From NCBI RefSeq assembly GCF_016026235.1, contig NZ_CP065613.1: DNA of 64,000 bases; one strand, given 5' to 3'. The notes under the pieces are model-generated. The model did not search any database and was not told the DNA's origin. It saw only the letters and a list, made by a program, of their open reading frames with translations. The position numbers and the translations under genes were made by a program. Positions 60,599 through 64,000 of the stretch are shown here, in pieces. Source of the DNA: Escherichia coli. GTDB taxonomy: Bacteria; Pseudomonadota; Gammaproteobacteria; Enterobacterales; Enterobacteriaceae. How positions within the stretch are numbered: the first letter of the stretch is position 1; each line of letters begins with the position of its first letter.

Positions 60599-62548
60599 TC
60601 AGCAGCGGCTTAAATCTGCCTGCGCCTGAGCCAGTTTTTCTGCTGCCTGACGTAACGGTTCCATCAACGGCATGGTCCGTGCTGGAGCATGAAGGCGGAA
60701 TCGCTGCAACTCTGTCGCGCCGACTGTCAACGCCGATTCCAGCCGATGTCGTTTGGCGGTCATTTTCGCCATTACCGCTTGTCTGTCTGCTGGCGTTATC
60801 GCTTCATTCGGCCTGAACACAAAACGGCGTTCACAGCTCGCTTTCCAGTCGATAACCGCCTGGGTCAGATGGTCGCCAAACCCTTTCACTTGCTTAACAC
60901 CACGACGGGTAACATCTGCCGCTGTTTCAATACCAAAGGACCGTAACGCCGCTTTACGCGCAGGGCCAACGCCGGGAATAGAGGCAACATCAATAAAAAA
61001 TCCCTCCAGAAACTTCTGCTTCTGCCGTTCCCTTGCGGTGTCGTGAAGTGCTGCCAGAGCGCGTTTCTCTTCTTCCGGTAACCCGAGAATTTCGTCTTTC
61101 ATTTTTTCGAGCATCGCCCGTTTGGCGATAAAACCTTCCAGCCCGCCCAACTGTTGGATCTGGTTGACTAAATGGTCATAGTCCATTTTCGCGCGATTAA
61201 ATGCCTCACGGCGTTGCTGGATTTCTGCTTTATAAGCTTTGCTTGTCAGACTGCCAATAATCCAGATAGCCGCCAGCACAGGAACCAAAATAATATAACG
61301 CGGTTCTGCCTGAAGGCCGCAAAGCAACAGCGATAACGCTGACAGTGCGATCTCAATCAGAATGATGTATTCGCGCCGTAACAGGCCTAAAGGAAGCGGC
61401 CGGCCAGTCGGTTGGAAATGATCGGGTAATGGCAATTGCAATGCTGGCGGTGCTACTGACGCCATCACCATCGCCCAGACTTTCGCCAGCACAAAATCAC
61501 CGCTGGTGGTAATGACCTCTTCGCCGAGATCAATAAAATAGATAACGCCTTGATTATCCAGCGCACACCACGGGCAGTCAGTCAAATGAGCGGGGTAAAC
61601 ATGCATTGCTGAAACGGTACATTTCTTTAAATGTTGGCGTAGAGAGTCCAGTGCCGCTACCCACGCTTTAGCCGTCGGACGCCCGGTTGCCACGCCACTT
61701 TCCGTGAATGCCTGCTGAAACATGGCTTCAACATCACTCGGTAACATCGACAGCGGAATCGATCGTGGCGGCGGTTTTAAACCACGCCGCTGATTATCTG
61801 ACGCGTAGGCATAACGGAAATGGGCAATATCCGTCTCCAGCGCATTCCCCGCATCAGAGATAAGCGGCACACCGGAATAAGGATGCCGGCCACCAAACAA
61901 GACGTGAAAAATCAGCAAGGCAAGGCCAAAATTATCGTGATTTTCTGTGCGTTCAAAGCCGACAAATGACGACAAGGTTTGTAGCTCTGGCGGCGTAAAA
62001 TGCGACACGCCGACTTCGCATAAATGCAGTGTGCCATTGGCGTTAATCTGAAAGGAGTCGCTATCAATCAACACCACTTTGCTGTCGCGACCTACCATAA
62101 AGCTGTTCTGGTTTACGTCACCCACGACGTGCCCGTGCTCGTGAACCGTAGCAAAAGATAAAGCAATATTGCGCGCAACATAGAGTAGAAAATCCCACGC
62201 ATAATGAGGGTAACTCTGGCGACGATGTGCCGGGCTATAGATCATATGAATCGGTTCTTTACCAGAAACTTTTGGCATCATAAAACCGATAACTTTTCCG
62301 CCTCGTCCACCGTGAAGCGTTGCCTGCGGCCAGGCGACATAATTCAACAACTGCGCGTCAGCTGTCGCAGCCATAAAGGCAAGTTTGTCCTGTTTTAAGG
62401 CGGGTGGCGGCGTGTGATAAATCTTGGCGACGCTATCGACAAACTCATTGATATCATAAACCGCGCCTTCACCGCCTTTGCCCAGTTCACGGCCTGGCGT
62501 AACGCACTCACCAGTAGCAGTATATAAAGTGGGTTTCATGGTAACCAC
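60599..62548 (-). CDS. yegI: Hanks-type Ser/Thr protein kinase with TM segment and C-terminal domain
   Basis: 649 aa; kinase catalytic-loop-like HGHVVGDVNQNSFMV and DFG-equivalent region; position. Confidence 0.88.
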   Translation of the reverse strand: MVTMKPTLYTATGECVTPGRELGKGGEGAVYDINEFVDSVAKIYHTPPPALKQDKLAFMAATADAQLLNYVAWPQATLHGGRGGKVIGFMMPKVSGKEPIHMIYSPAHRRQSYPHYAWDFLLYVARNIALSFATVHEHGHVVGDVNQNSFMVGRDSKVVLIDSDSFQINANGTLHLCEVGVSHFTPPELQTLSSFVGFERTENHDNFGLALLIFHVLFGGRHPYSGVPLISDAGNALETDIAHFRYAYASDNQRRGLKPPPRSIPLSMLPSDVEAMFQQAFTESGVATGRPTAKAWVAALDSLRQHLKKCTVSAMHVYPAHLTDCPWCALDNQGVIYFIDLGEEVITTSGDFVLAKVWAMVMASVAPPALQLPLPDHFQPTGRPLPLGLLRREYIILIEIALSALSLLLCGLQAEPRYIILVPVLAAIWIIGSLTSKAYKAEIQQRREAFNRAKMDYDHLVNQIQQLGGLEGFIAKRAMLEKMKDEILGLPEEEKRALAALHDTARERQKQKFLEGFFIDVASIPGVGPARKAALRSFGIETAADVTRRGVKQVKGFGDHLTQAVIDWKASCERRFVFRPNEAITPADRQAVMAKMTAKRHRLESALTVGATELQRFRLHAPARTMPLMEPLRQAAEKLAQAQADLSRC

Positions 62549-63297
62549 AGCGCCAGTGCCAACGTTTTATCATCATCCGTACGCTCGTTTACCGCCGGGC
62601 TGGACAAAAACTGCTTTAACAATTCAGGTAATAAATCGAGTTGTTCCTGCGTTGCTGACGCCAGTCCATTGAAAAACGGGGTAAAGAAAGGCACATGCGG
62701 AGAATTATCCAACATATTTAACGCCAGTCGCTGGATACCATCCGTAAATGCTGCAACTTTATGCACACGCTCAGTGCTGGTGAAAGTTTCCAGTCTGGAA
62801 ACGGCATCTTCATCGGTAATGAAGTGCGTCATATTGGCATATTCACCCACCATCGGCGTAAGCGGCAATTGCAGACCGTGACCAAAATCCACCACCACGC
62901 CGCCATCGCCAATCTGCATAATCAAGGTGCCATTAGCCGATGAAATCAATCCCAGAAACGTGCAGGCAAAATCGCGAACTGCTAATTCTTTGGCTTCCGC
63001 CTCGGCAAAAAGTCGCTGACGAACGGTCAGCACAATATCCGTGGCGAGGATATCATTAAGCCCCAATTCCCCACCCTGCACTTTTTGCGACATATAAGCC
63101 ATCGCTTCATTGACGGCGAGCGTCGCGCCTTCTCCTCCCTGCGAAACGCTACCTGCGCCATCAGCAAGGAACATCACCAGTAATGGCTGCTGGTCATTTA
63201 GCCAGGCAACCTGCATCTGGCAGGCATCCTGGCAAGGCAAGTCCGCGCTGATGTGCGACGTTCCAACAGCGGATGCATAAACCAGACGCCAGCTCAC
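62536..63297 (-). CDS. pphC: PP2C-family protein phosphatase
   Basis: 253 aa; PP2C-like acidic motifs (FLADGAG, FTDG); stop overlaps the yegI start. Confidence 0.85.
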   Translation of the reverse strand: MSWRLVYASAVGTSHISADLPCQDACQMQVAWLNDQQPLLVMFLADGAGSVSQGGEGATLAVNEAMAYMSQKVQGGELGLNDILATDIVLTVRQRLFAEAEAKELAVRDFACTFLGLISSANGTLIMQIGDGGVVVDFGHGLQLPLTPMVGEYANMTHFITDEDAVSRLETFTSTERVHKVAAFTDGIQRLALNMLDNSPHVPFFTPFFNGLASATQEQLDLLPELLKQFLSSPAVNERTDDDKTLALALWLP

Positions 63298-63953
63298 ACT
63301 GACGTCCAGCCTTTTGGCGCTTCCAGCACAACTTCCGTTCCCGGCGTGGAGCGGGAAACCGAACGCAGCGAACTGGATAACCAGCTAAACAGTTCACGGA
63401 ATTGTAATCCTTGCAGAGGCAAAGGCTGACGAACGCTGATTTGTGCCAGAGTCTTCATATCCGCCCCCTGAACACCGATGGAAAAGAAAGCAAACCTTTT
63501 ATCTTCTTCCCCCCGAAACACTTTGTTGGCTGCAGCCTGCCACTCATCGGTTGGTGCACCATCGGTAATCAGGAAAATCCACGGGCGATAATACGAAATA
63601 CCATTTGCACGATACTCACGTTTCCGCTCCTCTACCATATCCAGGGCTTTGGTAATGGCCGCACCCATTGGTGTATCGCCCTGGGCAAACAGGATGGGCG
63701 GAAAAAAATTAGCGGCGCTGGTAAAGGGTTGTTCCACATGCACCGGGCCGAACGTCACAATGCCGAGTTCCACTCTTTTTAAAGCCAGCGAATCGGCAAG
63801 CAGCTCATCGCGAAAGGTAACCAATCCGGTGTTAAGTTCATTAATAGGTCTGCCACTCATCGAGCCAGAAACATCCAGCAGCAGAATGCAGGGGCAACGT
63901 GGTTCCGGGTTACTGGCAAAATCGCTGGTGGCAAACGTGATTTGTTCGCTCAT
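63294..63953 (-). CDS. yegL: von Willebrand factor A domain protein
   Basis: 219 aa; vWA MIDAS-like motif DVSGSMSG; overlaps the pphC start by 4 bp. Confidence 0.85.
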   Translation of the reverse strand: MSEQITFATSDFASNPEPRCPCILLLDVSGSMSGRPINELNTGLVTFRDELLADSLALKRVELGIVTFGPVHVEQPFTSAANFFPPILFAQGDTPMGAAITKALDMVEERKREYRANGISYYRPWIFLITDGAPTDEWQAAANKVFRGEEDKRFAFFSIGVQGADMKTLAQISVRQPLPLQGLQFRELFSWLSSSLRSVSRSTPGTEVVLEAPKGWTSV

Positions 63954-64000
63954 AAGAAATCCTTTCTTAGAGAATTATTGAGGTCCGGTATCATACCGAC

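Noticed and set aside
62536-62548. Possible missing gene between yegI and pphC relative to reference strains
   Set aside because: I could not recall the reference gene order with enough certainty; the 13-bp overlap seen here is consistent with a contiguous operon, so no deletion is claimed.

Overview
Enterobacterial (Escherichia coli-type) chromosomal segment running his operon, wzzB, ugd, gnd, O-antigen gene cluster, galF, colanic-acid (wca/cps) cluster, then yegH-asmA-dcd-udk-dgcE-alkA-yegD-yegI-pphC-yegL. All calls rest on reading the supplied ORF translations and the DNA by eye and on recalled family motifs; no search or computation was run. The conserved flanks look ordinary. The variable part is the AT-rich O-antigen cluster (about 12875-24315, minus strand) and its surroundings. 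It carries a Wzx/Wzy-dependent gene set with three glycosyltransferases, a GalE-family epimerase, an O-acetyltransferase and an unusual three-gene block: a HisC-family PLP enzyme, a HAD phosphatase and a TupA-like ATP-grasp ligase. Together with a UDP-glucuronate 4-epimerase gene (gla) inserted between wzzB and ugd, this predicts an O-unit containing a uronic acid amidated with a small amine or amino-alcohol. The region also shows scars of rearrangement: a 3' ugd remnant beside wzzB, an intact IS4-family (IS10-like) element with 12-bp target duplications between gnd and ugd, a degraded transposase remnant inside the O-antigen operon, and a 20-unit pentanucleotide microsatellite upstream of the last glycosyltransferase. 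No tRNA, rRNA or CRISPR array was recognised.
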